From Bacteroidales bacterium UBA5287 (lineage in GTDB: Bacteria > Bacteroidota > Bacteroidia > Bacteroidales > Dysgonomonadaceae), in assembly GCA_002411345.1 (NCBI GenBank), contig DHSL01000025.1, positions 926-64,925 on the forward strand: DNA of 64,000 nt. The letters run 5' to 3'. Under the pieces are notes generated by a model, which worked only from the letters and a program-made list of their open reading frames with translations, ran no database searches and was not told the origin of the DNA. This document shows positions 38,866-48,316 of this stretch, piece by piece; within the stretch, counting starts at the first letter, position 1, and every line of letters starts with the position of its first letter. The translations under genes were made by a program, and so were the position numbers.

Positions 38866-41712
38866 TCAAGCTTTTAAGCTTTTTGTGCTCTGATCGACAA
38901 GATAAACGATAGACACATAAGGAATACCCGCATTTGTGGAAAGTCCTATTTCGCAAGTACGGCTATTAGAGTAGCCAATTTTTGCGCCACTTTTTTCTAT
39001 TTGCGGATGTAGTTTACGTAAAGCATACGCATTCATTTCCGGTTTAAAAAACCCTTTATCCCCAGCAAAACCACAACACCCCACCTCATCGGGAACCACC
39101 ACATTATTAGAGCACATTTTAGCAAGAGTAATGATCTTTTTATCCAGTCCCATTTTCTTCATTGAGCAAGTCACATGCAGTGCAACCGTTTGATCCGTCG
39201 GTATAAACTCAAGTTTATCCGTCAGAAATTCCCAAATAAATTCAGCCGGTTCATAAAGTTTCATTGAACTAATCTTATGTCTCATTCTTTTTAGGCACGG
39301 GCTTTGATCACACAGAACCGGATATTTTCCCTGTTCGCTAGCCACCCAGAGAGCCGATTCAAGTTCTTTCGTTTTTTGGTCAGCGATATCCATCATCCCC
39401 TTGCTTTCCCAGATTGTTCCGCAGCACAGTTTCTCCATTTTTTCAGGGAAAATGAATTCGTACCCCGCTTTTTGTAGCAGCGAAACCATTTTATTTACCA
39501 GTGGCGTTTGATCAGGTGCCGCTTTTTCCACCCCCATCATTTGGTTTAAACAACTTGGGAAATAAACCACTTTATTTTGGAAACGCTTAATCTTCAGTTT
39601 ATCACGATGGATTTTATATCGTTTTGGCAAAGAAGGAGTCCACAAAGGTAATCCCACTTTATGCAAACCCTTTCCCATTGATGTAACCGCCTTATCCCCC
39701 AACAAATTATGCGCAAATCCCGCTACAGCCAAGGCCGAACGAAGCCCCCCTTTTACAACAGGAAAATGATCAGCCATATATTTTCCGGTGTTGTAAGCAA
39801 AACTACCTTTCGGCGTGTTTGCCTGACGTATATCATGCGTTAAATCGCCTGTATCGATATCCATTGGGCAAGAAGTAGCACAAAGTCCATCGCCCGCGCA
39901 AGTCTGTTCCCCCGCATATTCATATTCCCTTTCGAGTTCATTTAATCGTGCGGGATCCTCCCCACTCCATCTAAGACGAGATATTTCGCGTTGAAGAACA
40001 ATTCGTTGACGCGACGATAAAGTTAACCCAGTAGTCAGACAGTTAATCTCACAAAATCCACATTCGATACACTTATCAGCAGTATGTCCCGTTTTGCCAT
40101 TTTTCAGTTTAATAATTGGCAATGGTTTAAAATTTTTGACATGACATTTTGGATCATCATTAAAAATCACACCCGGGTTAAGTAAATTTTTAGGGTCATA
40201 GAGCTGCTTCACTGATTTCATCAACTCAAAAGCCTCTTTTCCCCATTCATATTCAACGAATGGCGCCATATTGCGTCCCGTTCCATGTTCCGCTTTAAGA
40301 GACCCATCGTATTTTTCGACCACAAGTTCGGCCACCTCATCCATTAATGATTCATATCGGTGAACCTCCTCATCCGTTTCGAACGACTGATTAATAATAA
40401 AATGGAAATTTCCTTCCAATGAATGTCCATAAATACAAGCATCATCATAATGATGTTTTTCCAATAAGCTTTGTAGATCGGCCACTGCAGAAGGAAGATC
40501 ATCAATATGAAAAGCAACATCTTCTATCAGGCATGTTGTTCCAAGAGGACGTGTTCCTCCAACCGAGGGAAAAATTCCCGATCGTATAGCCCAATATTTT
40601 GAATATTCATTTTCATCATCAGTAAAATAAACAGGAGCAGCCAATTCGTATTTATTAAGTATTTGGCTTACCAATGTAATATGCTCCTGCAATTCCATTT
40701 TGGAATGCCCTTTTACCTCAGTAAGGATAGCCGTAAGCTCATGACCTGTAGGATCATTTACAGAAGCAAGCGATTTCTGGTCGAGCAGTTCAGCCCCTTT
40801 CACGATATGCGTTCCGTTTTCATCCGTCAGCTTATTGAATTCCACCACCGCTTTACAAGCATCAGTAATACTTTTGAAATACACCATTGCACTTGCTTTT
40901 AGCGGATAATCATATTCCGTTTTAACAGTCACTTCCGACAGAAACGCCAGTGTTCCTTCAGACCCCACCAATAAATGAGCGATTATATCAAACGGATCAT
41001 CAAACGTGACAAATGGCAAGATATTAAGTCCTGTAACATTTTTGATGGAATATTTATGTTGAATGCGCTCCATCAATTTTTTATCGCCGCGAGTCTGATC
41101 ACGCAGCGATTTTATCTTTTCAATAAACTTAGGTTTTTTTTCAGCAAAAAGCCTTTTGCTCTCCTCACTTCCCGTATCGAGAACTGTTCCATCAGCAAAA
41201 ACCATACGAGCCGAAAGCATTATCTTGTCGCTGTTTGCATGAATTCCGCAGTTCATACCCGAAGCATTATTCATGACAATTCCCCCGACCATTGCATATT
41301 TCACAGAAGCAGGATCCGGTGAAAACTTTACCCCAAAGGGTTTCAGAATTTCATTTACGCGTTCTCCGACAATTCCCGGTTGCAGTGTAATAGTGCCATG
41401 ATCCGGAGCAATTGAATATTTTTCCCAATGTTTACCAGCAACAATCAAAATTGAATTGCTAATAGCCTGTCCCGAAAGACTTGTACCTGCAGCTCTGAAA
41501 GTTACCGGTAGATTAAATTTATTAGCCGTTACAAGTAATTTCGACACCTCATCTTCGTCCACAGACCGTATAACTATTTGAGGCACGAGCCTGTAAAAAC
41601 CAGCATCCGTACCCCACGCCAAACGTCGCAGTTGATCCGTATAAATTCTTTTCTCTGGTATAAATGATTTTATATCATTCAGAAAAAATTGATAAGTTTG
41701 AAGTGTATTCAT
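38866..41712 (-). CDS. FAD-linked oxidase fused to 4Fe-4S and CCG (GlcF/HdrD-like) domains; D-lactate/2-hydroxyacid dehydrogenase-like (YdiJ-like)
   Basis: 948 aa. N-terminal FAD-binding PCMH-type region (VTFRAAGTSLSGQA). Cluster motifs CIECGFCEINC and CAGDGLCATSCP. Two CCG motifs (LCCGTIWES, GCCGFAGDKG). Confidence 0.8.
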   Translation of the reverse strand: MNTLQTYQFFLNDIKSFIPEKRIYTDQLRRLAWGTDAGFYRLVPQIVIRSVDEDEVSKLLVTANKFNLPVTFRAAGTSLSGQAISNSILIVAGKHWEKYSIAPDHGTITLQPGIVGERVNEILKPFGVKFSPDPASVKYAMVGGIVMNNASGMNCGIHANSDKIMLSARMVFADGTVLDTGSEESKRLFAEKKPKFIEKIKSLRDQTRGDKKLMERIQHKYSIKNVTGLNILPFVTFDDPFDIIAHLLVGSEGTLAFLSEVTVKTEYDYPLKASAMVYFKSITDACKAVVEFNKLTDENGTHIVKGAELLDQKSLASVNDPTGHELTAILTEVKGHSKMELQEHITLVSQILNKYELAAPVYFTDDENEYSKYWAIRSGIFPSVGGTRPLGTTCLIEDVAFHIDDLPSAVADLQSLLEKHHYDDACIYGHSLEGNFHFIINQSFETDEEVHRYESLMDEVAELVVEKYDGSLKAEHGTGRNMAPFVEYEWGKEAFELMKSVKQLYDPKNLLNPGVIFNDDPKCHVKNFKPLPIIKLKNGKTGHTADKCIECGFCEINCLTTGLTLSSRQRIVLQREISRLRWSGEDPARLNELEREYEYAGEQTCAGDGLCATSCPMDIDTGDLTHDIRQANTPKGSFAYNTGKYMADHFPVVKGGLRSALAVAGFAHNLLGDKAVTSMGKGLHKVGLPLWTPSLPKRYKIHRDKLKIKRFQNKVVYFPSCLNQMMGVEKAAPDQTPLVNKMVSLLQKAGYEFIFPEKMEKLCCGTIWESKGMMDIADQKTKELESALWVASEQGKYPVLCDQSPCLKRMRHKISSMKLYEPAEFIWEFLTDKLEFIPTDQTVALHVTCSMKKMGLDKKIITLAKMCSNNVVVPDEVGCCGFAGDKGFFKPEMNAYALRKLHPQIEKSGAKIGYSNSRTCEIGLSTNAGIPYVSIVYLVDQSTKSLKA

Positions 41713-41737
41713 AATTGATTATTGTTTTCTGATTAGA

Positions 41738-41745
41738 CAAAAATA
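41738..41745 (-). promoter_or_regulatory. candidate -7 box (TATTTTTG on minus strand) for the FAD/Fe-S oxidoreductase gene
   Basis: Plus-strand CAAAAATA, 26 nt upstream of the ATG at 41712. Confidence 0.45.
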
Positions 41746-41911
41746 GCGAAAAATTTGGTTATTAATGAACAAATATGAAGATAGAAAATGAGATATAAAA
41801 ATGGAGAATTTACATCCGAAATCAACAGAGTAAATTACAATTTAGGAAAATGTAAGAAAGTACTTTGTAAACAAAGAACACTTACCACGTAATTTGATAA
41901 GTGTTTAATCG

Positions 41912-41984
41912 AGCGGCAGACGAGACTCGAACTCGCGACCCTCAGCTTGGGAAGCTGATGCTCTACCAACTGAGCTACTGCCGC
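41912..41984 (-). tRNA. tRNA-Gly (anticodon CCC)
   Basis: Reverse complement: GCGGCAGTAGCTCAGTTGGTAGAGCATCAGCTTCCCAAGCTGAGGGTCGCGAGTTCGAGTCTCGTCTGCCGCT. Acceptor GCGGCAG/CTGCCGC, D arm GCTC-AGTTGGTA-GAGC, anticodon arm TCAGC-TTCCCAA-GCTGA, discriminator U. 73 nt. Confidence 0.9.
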
Positions 41985-41994
41985 ATCTATTTCA

Positions 41995-42002
41995 CAAAAG
42001 TA
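41995..42002 (-). promoter_or_regulatory. candidate -7 box (TACTTTTG on minus strand) for tRNA-Gly
   Basis: Plus-strand CAAAAGTA, 11 nt upstream of the tRNA 5' end. Confidence 0.5.
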
Positions 42003-42293
42003 GATAATTTTTTAATACAATTGATTCATGGTTCGGATTTTTATTATCATTCAAGATTAATTCATAAGAAAACAATGTATTCCGTCCTATAAAATTATTT
42101 ACATCGAGAAGATTATAAAATTAAAAGACCTCTCGCTATCAATTTCTCACATTTGAGACATAAAAGATCATTAACACTTTCAGCCATTTATCATCAAAAC
42201 CACTTAAAGATTTGCAATCCCGTTTGTGCGAACAAATGTTAAATACCATTTATCACTCTAAGTAATACGTGTAGTTTAATTCAGATTTTTACG

Positions 42294-42301
42294 TATCTTT
42301 G
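42294..42301 (+). promoter_or_regulatory. candidate -7 box (TATCTTTG) for the efflux operon
   Basis: TATCTTTG lies 212 nt upstream of the ATG at 42513. This implies a long leader that contains a 34-codon ORF (42323-42427). Confidence 0.35.
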
Positions 42302-42512
42302 CTGCGAAAATAAGATTGTTTTATGTCACACAAAGCCCACTTTACCACTCTGTTTCAACATTTTACAGACAGCGTACTTATAGTCACCATTTGGGGGAAC
42401 GTGCATCCCTTTAATCAAATAATTTAGATGTTCGGGAGCTTGTAATTTACTTTTGTTGAACAAATTTCAATATTTTTTACTAACATTTATTCACTTTAAT
42501 CACTAATTCTTT

Positions 42513-43820
42513 ATGGGGAAATTATGTTTTCTCGTAGCGTCATTAATATTGTCGCTATCCTTTCAGTGTCTCTTCGCCCAATCGGAAGAGCAAGTAACCC
42601 TATCTATAGAGGAAATGTTTGAACTTGCAGACAAGAACAACATCAAGATAGAATATTACAAAACATCAGTTGAAGAGGCAAAAGCAAGTATAACCGTTGC
42701 CAAGAACGCTTATCTTCCTTCAATTGAAGCATCCCTCTCAGTAAGTTATAACGGAGACGGCACCGTTATGGACCGTGATTTTTCCCATTCTTTTTCAGCC
42801 CCAATTCCTTCATTTGGAAATAATTTTTCGTTAAAAGCATCACAATTAATATTTGCCGGCGGATTAATTCGAAACAGTGTTAAAGCAGCAGAATTACATT
42901 CACAGATTGCACTACTTGAAACAGAGAGCAGTCGCCAAGATATTCGTTTTCTGATTGTCGGCAATTTTTTAGAACTATGTAAAATAGAGAATCAGCTACA
43001 GGTTTTTAAGAGCAATATTGTACAAACAGAGCGCCATTTGGAAAATATGCGATTACGATTTAGCGAAGGCACTGCACTAGAAAACGATATTACCCGTTAT
43101 GAATTGCAACTTGAGAATCTTAATTATTCCATTATCCAATTAACAAACAGCAAGCAAATCCTAAACAACCAGTTAACTGTTGCGCTAGGTTTGCCATTAA
43201 CCATTACGATTATTCCTAAAATACAGAATGGAGAAGAGTTGCAGAATATTTCACGGAGTGATTGGCAGTCGATATCATGCAACAGATCTCCATCCATAAA
43301 GATTGCAGATGTAGGAGTATCTTTAAATAAACAACGTGAAAATATTATTCGTGCAGAACGTTATCCTCAGATTGCACTTTTTGCTACAAATCAGCTGATA
43401 GGACCAGTTACAATTGATATTCCATCTATAAACAAGAATTTCAATTATTGGGCCGTTGGAGTAGGAATTAAATACAATCTTGACAATTTATATAAGACAG
43501 ATAAAAAGATTCGTACTCAACAGTTAGCAATTCAAAAAGCATTGAATGAAAAAAGCATTGTAGAAGAAAACATTCTCCTATCCACAGAAGCAGCTCATAT
43601 TCGTTTTATTGAAGCCTATTCATTGTTAGAAACCAAGGAAAAGAGTCTTGAGCTTGCCAATCAGAATTATGAAGTAATAAGTTATCGGTACGAAAATGAT
43701 CTTGCCCTTATCTCCGATTTACTAGACGCCACCTCACAAAAGTTGGACGCAGAGTTGCAGACTGTAAACTCAAAAATCAACATCATCTATAATTATTACA
43801 AATTAAAATATATCTCCTGA
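42513..43820 (+). CDS. TolC-family outer-membrane efflux protein
   Basis: 435 aa with a signal peptide. Two-repeat coiled-coil/beta-barrel pattern (LSIEEMFELADKNN..., YLPSIEASLSVSY, ...YENDLALISDLLDATSQ). It is the first gene of a three-gene efflux operon. Confidence 0.8.
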   Translation: MGKLCFLVASLILSLSFQCLFAQSEEQVTLSIEEMFELADKNNIKIEYYKTSVEEAKASITVAKNAYLPSIEASLSVSYNGDGTVMDRDFSHSFSAPIPSFGNNFSLKASQLIFAGGLIRNSVKAAELHSQIALLETESSRQDIRFLIVGNFLELCKIENQLQVFKSNIVQTERHLENMRLRFSEGTALENDITRYELQLENLNYSIIQLTNSKQILNNQLTVALGLPLTITIIPKIQNGEELQNISRSDWQSISCNRSPSIKIADVGVSLNKQRENIIRAERYPQIALFATNQLIGPVTIDIPSINKNFNYWAVGVGIKYNLDNLYKTDKKIRTQQLAIQKALNEKSIVEENILLSTEAAHIRFIEAYSLLETKEKSLELANQNYEVISYRYENDLALISDLLDATSQKLDAELQTVNSKINIIYNYYKLKYIS

Positions 43821-43840
43821 ACACTTTAATCAATCAAGTT

Positions 43841-44872
43841 ATGAATATTAAAAGAAAGAAAAACTTAGCCAATATTATTATCATCGCTCTCATCCTTTGT
43901 GGAATTGGATGGATTTCATCACTATTCATCCACATTGGAGGTGAGTATACGAATAATGCGCAAATAAAACAAAATATTGTACCTGTCTCGAGTCGTGTGC
44001 AAGGATTTATAAAAGAAGTCCGTTTTGACGATTTTCAGTATGTAAAAAAAGGCGACACACTCGTAGTTATAGAAGACAGTGAATACAAGTTACGTTTAGC
44101 ACAAGCCGAAGCCGATTATCAAAATGCATTGACAGGTAAATCGGTTATGGGAACAACTATCTCCACAACTCAAAACAACCTTTCGGTTACCGACGCCGGC
44201 ATTAGAGAGGTTGAAATTTTGTTTGAAAATGCCAAGAATGAATTAGGTCGTTATCAGAATCTTTTAGAAAAGAATGCTGTAACCCGTCAACAGTTTGATG
44301 CAGTTAAAACCGAATACGAATCATTGAAAGCAAAGATGGAAACAATGGAACGTCAGAAACAATCCACTCAACTAGCAAAGCAAGAACAGATACAACGATT
44401 GGGGCAAAATGATGCAGGTATTGATGTTCATAAAGCAGCTCTCGATTTGGCTAGGTTGAATCTTTCTTATACTGTTATACTAGCGCCCTGCGATGGTTAT
44501 ACATCGCGAAAAGCCATTCAGATTGGCGAGCTTGTGATGCCAGGAAACACCCTCTTTTCAGTGGTAAACAACGAAGAAATTTGGGTTGTAGCAAATTACC
44601 GTGAAACGCAGAGGAGACATATAAAAGTAGGAAGTAAAGTTGATATTGAAATTGATGCCTTTCCAGACACCAAGTTTGAGGGAGAAGTTTCCGCCATTTC
44701 CAATGCTACCGGGGCACAATATTCGATTTCATCGCCTGATCATTCTGCAGGAAATTTTGTAAAGGTAGAACAACGCATTCCTGTGAAGATTCTTTTTACT
44801 CAGAATAATAACAAAGAAATGTTATCACATTTGGGTGCGGGTATGAATGTGGAATGTAAAATAATCTATTAA
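43841..44872 (+). CDS. HlyD/EmrA-family membrane fusion (periplasmic adaptor) protein
   Basis: 343 aa with an N-terminal TM anchor. TNNAQIKQNIVPVSSRVQGFIKEV...VKKGDTLVVIED, coiled-coil segment, C-terminal beta-barrel block FVKVEQRIPVKI. Confidence 0.85.
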   Translation: MNIKRKKNLANIIIIALILCGIGWISSLFIHIGGEYTNNAQIKQNIVPVSSRVQGFIKEVRFDDFQYVKKGDTLVVIEDSEYKLRLAQAEADYQNALTGKSVMGTTISTTQNNLSVTDAGIREVEILFENAKNELGRYQNLLEKNAVTRQQFDAVKTEYESLKAKMETMERQKQSTQLAKQEQIQRLGQNDAGIDVHKAALDLARLNLSYTVILAPCDGYTSRKAIQIGELVMPGNTLFSVVNNEEIWVVANYRETQRRHIKVGSKVDIEIDAFPDTKFEGEVSAISNATGAQYSISSPDHSAGNFVKVEQRIPVKILFTQNNNKEMLSHLGAGMNVECKIIY

Positions 44873-44874
44873 AT

Positions 44875-46428
44875 ATGTCAACTAACAATGCCGTTGCTTT
44901 TCGTTTTGACTCATTCAAAGAGTGGGTACCCGATAAATTACGTTTCTGGATATACATATTTATACTGTTAGTGTTCCAGTTAACAGGAAGCATCTATTTC
45001 CCTTCAATGCCCAATATGGTTGGAAGTCTTTCCATATCGATGAATGATGCAAAGATGATTAGTCATGCGATGTTGATAGGTATTACATTCTATTTTCCGC
45101 TCGCTTTTCGACTTAAATTTCGTTTCACGAACCGTACCAACTTATTGATTGCCGCACTAGGAGTTGCAGTATGTAATTTGGTAATTCCTCAAATTGAGTC
45201 GACTCCGCTGCTGATCATACTCAGCTTTGTATGCGGATTTCTTCGGCTATTAGGCACTTTTGAATGTTTATCTACTTTACTCCCAAAGATTGCGCCAACA
45301 CACAACTACTCAGTATTCTTATCATTTGTTTTTGTTACCGTACTGGGAGTGATTCATTTATTTGATATATTATGTGTAAATATCATTTATTATTACGACT
45401 GGCACCACATGCATTATTTGGCAATAGGTTTACTGTTGATAACGGTACTAATCGTTTTTGTGCTGATGCGTCCTTTTCGCTTTGCGCCAAAGATCCCACT
45501 CTATGGAATAGACTGGCTCGGCATGCTTCTCTGGAGTATCTTTATTCTTTCGTTGATATTTGCAGTACAATACGGAGAACAGATGGATTGGCTACATTCC
45601 CCATTTATCCGTGCAGCGATAGGTATTTCTACACTATCACTTGCTATTAATATTGGTAGGATGATTTACATAAGACATCCCTTTCTGGAGATAAACGCAT
45701 TCAGGAAACGCAACTTGGTGAATCTACTTATTCTCTTTCTTTTTCTCGGAATACTGCTTTCCGTGAAAAATGTGTTACAAAACAGATTTATCGGAGCTGT
45801 ACTTCAGTTTGATCCACTCAACACCGCTACTCTCAAGTGGTTTGAGTTTGCCGGTGCATTATTGGGTGGTATTTTTTCGTGGTACACACTCTCCCGATTA
45901 AAATGGTCACACAAATTCTTGGCATTTATTGGCATGTTATCGGTAGTAATCTACATTGCAATAAGTTATTTTCTTATCACTCCTCACACCAATATTGAAA
46001 AATTATTTCTCCCTTTAATATTTCTTGAATTTGGTCATATTGTAGTTTTTGTTTCCCTTACCGTTTATGCACAAGCCACAACACCTTTTAGATACTATTT
46101 CCAAGTGATATGTATTTTAGGATTTATCAGGACAGGAATAGCCTCCCCTATAGGTGATGCAATATACAATAGAGCGCTGACAGGACTAATGACAAAACAT
46201 TTTGCAGCGACAGACAGCGCATTTAATCCATCCTTAATGATGTCGTCGACGGACATTGGATCCATAATCACGACAGTTCAAGTATCCGCTATCAAAGAGT
46301 TATATGGTTGGAGTGTTATTTTAGGAGCATTAATTTTAATAGCAATTGCGCTCTCTCGTTTTAAGCCACATGTAAGTAGACGTATCCCTTCTCTTGAACA
46401 ACTTTATAAAGTTGTGTCCCGGAAATAA
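44875..46428 (+). CDS. polytopic inner-membrane efflux permease, MFS (DHA2/EmrB-like)
   Basis: 517 aa with many hydrophobic helices. A 2-nt gap separates it from the HlyD gene. MFS motif A is degenerate (PLAFRLKFRFTNRTNL), so the superfamily call rests mostly on context and topology. Confidence 0.6.
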   Translation: MSTNNAVAFRFDSFKEWVPDKLRFWIYIFILLVFQLTGSIYFPSMPNMVGSLSISMNDAKMISHAMLIGITFYFPLAFRLKFRFTNRTNLLIAALGVAVCNLVIPQIESTPLLIILSFVCGFLRLLGTFECLSTLLPKIAPTHNYSVFLSFVFVTVLGVIHLFDILCVNIIYYYDWHHMHYLAIGLLLITVLIVFVLMRPFRFAPKIPLYGIDWLGMLLWSIFILSLIFAVQYGEQMDWLHSPFIRAAIGISTLSLAINIGRMIYIRHPFLEINAFRKRNLVNLLILFLFLGILLSVKNVLQNRFIGAVLQFDPLNTATLKWFEFAGALLGGIFSWYTLSRLKWSHKFLAFIGMLSVVIYIAISYFLITPHTNIEKLFLPLIFLEFGHIVVFVSLTVYAQATTPFRYYFQVICILGFIRTGIASPIGDAIYNRALTGLMTKHFAATDSAFNPSLMMSSTDIGSIITTVQVSAIKELYGWSVILGALILIAIALSRFKPHVSRRIPSLEQLYKVVSRK

Positions 46429-46561
46429 GGTGGAATTTTTTGAATTAAAAATGGTTTTAATATCACTCCCATTTTAAGTTTATTTTTATAGAAAAGCTAT
46501 CCTGCATTAATTTCTGTACATTTTGACATATAACTTATTCTTATTTTAGCAGAAAAGTTAT

Positions 46562-46569
46562 TATCTTTG
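46562..46569 (+). promoter_or_regulatory. candidate -7 box (TATCTTTG) 120 nt upstream of tRNA-Pro
   Basis: Exact TAnnTTTG match, but it sits much further from the tRNA than the boxes in front of the other two tRNAs. Confidence 0.3.
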
Positions 46570-46688
46570 CGCAGCCTATTTCGGAGGATTTAACATTAAA
46601 ATCACTTTGATTGTTGGTGATGTTTTTGTGAGAATTTGATTCATATTTTTTGACAAAGACGCCTTGCTAATTTTTATTTAAAAGCAAT

Positions 46689-46761
46689 CGGGATGTAGCA
46701 CAGTTGGTAGCGCGCCACGTTCGGGACGTGGAGGTCGGGTGTTCGAGTCACCTCATCCCGA
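46689..46761 (+). tRNA. tRNA-Pro (anticodon CGG)
   Basis: CGGGATGTAGCACAGTTGGTAGCGCGCCACGTTCGGGACGTGGAGGTCGGGTGTTCGAGTCACCTCATCCCGA. Acceptor CGGGATG/CATCCCG, anticodon arm CCACG-TTCGGGA-CGTGG, GTTCGAGTC T-loop. One A-C mismatch in the D stem. Confidence 0.85.
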
Positions 46762-46770
46762 CAATAAGAA

Positions 46771-46811
46771 AGGCAATAGTTTTCACTATCGCCTTTTTTA
46801 TTTTCTTTTTT
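46771..46811. terminator. rho-independent terminator after tRNA-Pro (may also serve the convergent Lrp/AsnC gene)
   Basis: AGGCAATAGT (46771-46780), loop TTTC, ACTATCGCCT (46785-46794). One A-C mismatch. Followed by TTTTTATTTTCTTTTTT. Confidence 0.65.
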
Positions 46812-46836
46812 ATATTTAAGTTATTAATTTTCAGTT

Positions 46837-47298
46837 TCAATCTTTCACAATAGACACATCTCTTTTTATGTTTTGGCTTAGAGATATCATTGTTTCTGTA
46901 GCGACAACTCCGGGTATTTCTTGAATTCTATTGTTTAACAAATCCATTAAATGTTCGTTATCTTTTGCATAAAGTCTAATTAGCAAAGTATACGGACCTG
47001 TAGTAAAATGGCACTCCGTTACTTCAGGTATTTTCTCAAATTCAGGAACCACATTCTTATACATTGATCCTTTTTCAAGTTTAACTCCTATATAAGCGTT
47101 TGTTGCATACCCCAGCACACGTGGATTCACATTATATCCCGATCCTGTGATCACATCATTTTCGATCATCCGTTGAACACGTTGATGAATAGCAGCACGA
47201 GAAACGCCACACTGTTCTGCCACATCCCTAAAAGGTATGCGTGCATTTTGAGAAATAATTTCTAATATTTGCCTGTCAAGCTTATCAATCTTTTCCAT
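46837..47298 (-). CDS. Lrp/AsnC family transcriptional regulator
   Basis: 153 aa. HTH block LDRQILEIISQNARIPFRDVAEQCGVSRAAIHQRVQRM, followed by a RAM/ACT-like C-terminal domain. Confidence 0.85.
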   Translation of the reverse strand: MEKIDKLDRQILEIISQNARIPFRDVAEQCGVSRAAIHQRVQRMIENDVITGSGYNVNPRVLGYATNAYIGVKLEKGSMYKNVVPEFEKIPEVTECHFTTGPYTLLIRLYAKDNEHLMDLLNNRIQEIPGVVATETMISLSQNIKRDVSIVKD

Positions 47299-47320
47299 AG
47301 ATGTGAAGTTAAAACTTGTA

Positions 47321-47328
47321 CAAATATA
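47321..47328 (-). promoter_or_regulatory. candidate -7 box (TATATTTG on minus strand) for the Lrp/AsnC gene
   Basis: Plus-strand CAAATATA, 23 nt upstream of the ATG at 47298. Confidence 0.45.
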
Positions 47329-47429
47329 ATAAAATAGTTCGACAAACTGACAATTTGAAAATAAAAAAAGTGATTTAAGTTAATTTTCTTACTTCTTTCA
47401 CCCTTTTTATATCAAAAAGCATTTCTTGT

Positions 47430-48119
47430 TTATCTTTTTTGTAAACTATATCTTGCAAAATCGAAATCTTCGGGAGTAGTTATTTTTATGTTTCCATAAT
47501 CTCCTTCAACAAGATGAATTGGAATTCCATAATTTTCTGCCACTGTGGCATCGTCGGTAAATTCAGATCTGTAAGGTACTTGATATGCAGCTTTTAACTC
47601 TTTGGCGGGAAAAACCTGTGGAGTTTGAACTATTTTTATTGTTGAACGATCAATTGCCCGATTGATATCCCCTTCAATTATGCGTACACTATTTTTTTCG
47701 TCTACTACCGGAATAACTCCGCAATGTGATTCATACGAGGTATTATAACTATTTGAAATGATTTTTTGCGTTACAAATGGTCGTGCTCCATCGTGAATTC
47801 CCACAGTTTCATCTTCCGAAATCAGTGCTAGTCCATTCTTGACAGATTGAAATCGTGTGTCACCTCCTAAAGCAATATCATGAGGAATATCAAACAGATA
47901 TTGTTGACAAAGCTTTTTCCAGAACGACACGTTTTCTTGTGCCAAAACAATTACGATTCTCATTTTGTAATCAAACTGGTAAAAGGCCTCAATTGTATGC
48001 ATCAACATTGGCTTGTCTACCAATACCTGAAACTGCTTAGGCAGCTCTCCTCCAGCTCTAAGCCCCTTTCCTCCAGCAACGATGACTACGCTAAATTTTC
48101 TATTAGGAATCATACACAT
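47430..48119 (-). CDS. ispD: 2-C-methyl-D-erythritol 4-phosphate cytidylyltransferase
   Basis: 229 aa. N-terminal VVIVAGGKGLRAGGELPKQF nucleotide-binding loop and typical IspD length. Its ATG overlaps the xseB stop (TAATG). An alternative ATG lies at 48113. Confidence 0.8.
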   Translation of the reverse strand: MCMIPNRKFSVVIVAGGKGLRAGGELPKQFQVLVDKPMLMHTIEAFYQFDYKMRIVIVLAQENVSFWKKLCQQYLFDIPHDIALGGDTRFQSVKNGLALISEDETVGIHDGARPFVTQKIISNSYNTSYESHCGVIPVVDEKNSVRIIEGDINRAIDRSTIKIVQTPQVFPAKELKAAYQVPYRSEFTDDATVAENYGIPIHLVEGDYGNIKITTPEDFDFARYSLQKR

Positions 48120-48316
48120 TAAGAAATTTGATCAAGAATTTTTTGCAGTTCACTATCTGTCTTAGTCAGCTTTTCCTTACAAAAAATGATCAATTCAGAT
48201 GCACGTTTCACTTTTTCTGTCAGCAAGTCAACATCCAATTCTCCTGACTCTATAGACTTTACTATTAAGTCAAGTTCTTTTTTTGCTAAAGTATACGTTA
48301 ATTCTTTTTCTACCAT
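48119..48316 (-). CDS. xseB: exodeoxyribonuclease VII small subunit
   Basis: 65 aa. TYTLAKKELDLIVKSIESGELDVDLLTEKVKRASELIIFCKEKL matches the XseB helical pattern. It overlaps the xseA 3' end by 7 nt (ATGGTAG). Confidence 0.8.
   Translation of the reverse strand: MVEKELTYTLAKKELDLIVKSIESGELDVDLLTEKVKRASELIIFCKEKLTKTDSELQKILDQIS

Noticed and set aside
36976-41712. An apparently higher G+C content in the DUF4091 and FAD/Fe-S genes compared with the glycan locus, considered as a sign of horizontal transfer.
   Set aside because: This is only a visual impression that I cannot quantify without computation. There are no flanking mobility genes or repeats. A sliding-window GC and codon-usage calculation would be needed.
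42223-42236. Inverted repeat TTTGT-GCGA-ACAAA upstream of the efflux operon, considered as a repressor operator.
   Set aside because: The arms are only 5 bp, so such a repeat is expected by chance in AT-rich DNA. No cognate regulator gene is nearby.
42323-42427. 34-codon ORF (MSHKAHFTTLFQHFTDSVLIVTIWGNVHPFNQII) in the efflux-operon leader, considered as a gene.
   Set aside because: I could identify no ribosome-binding or conservation evidence. It is kept only as a remark within the leader finding.
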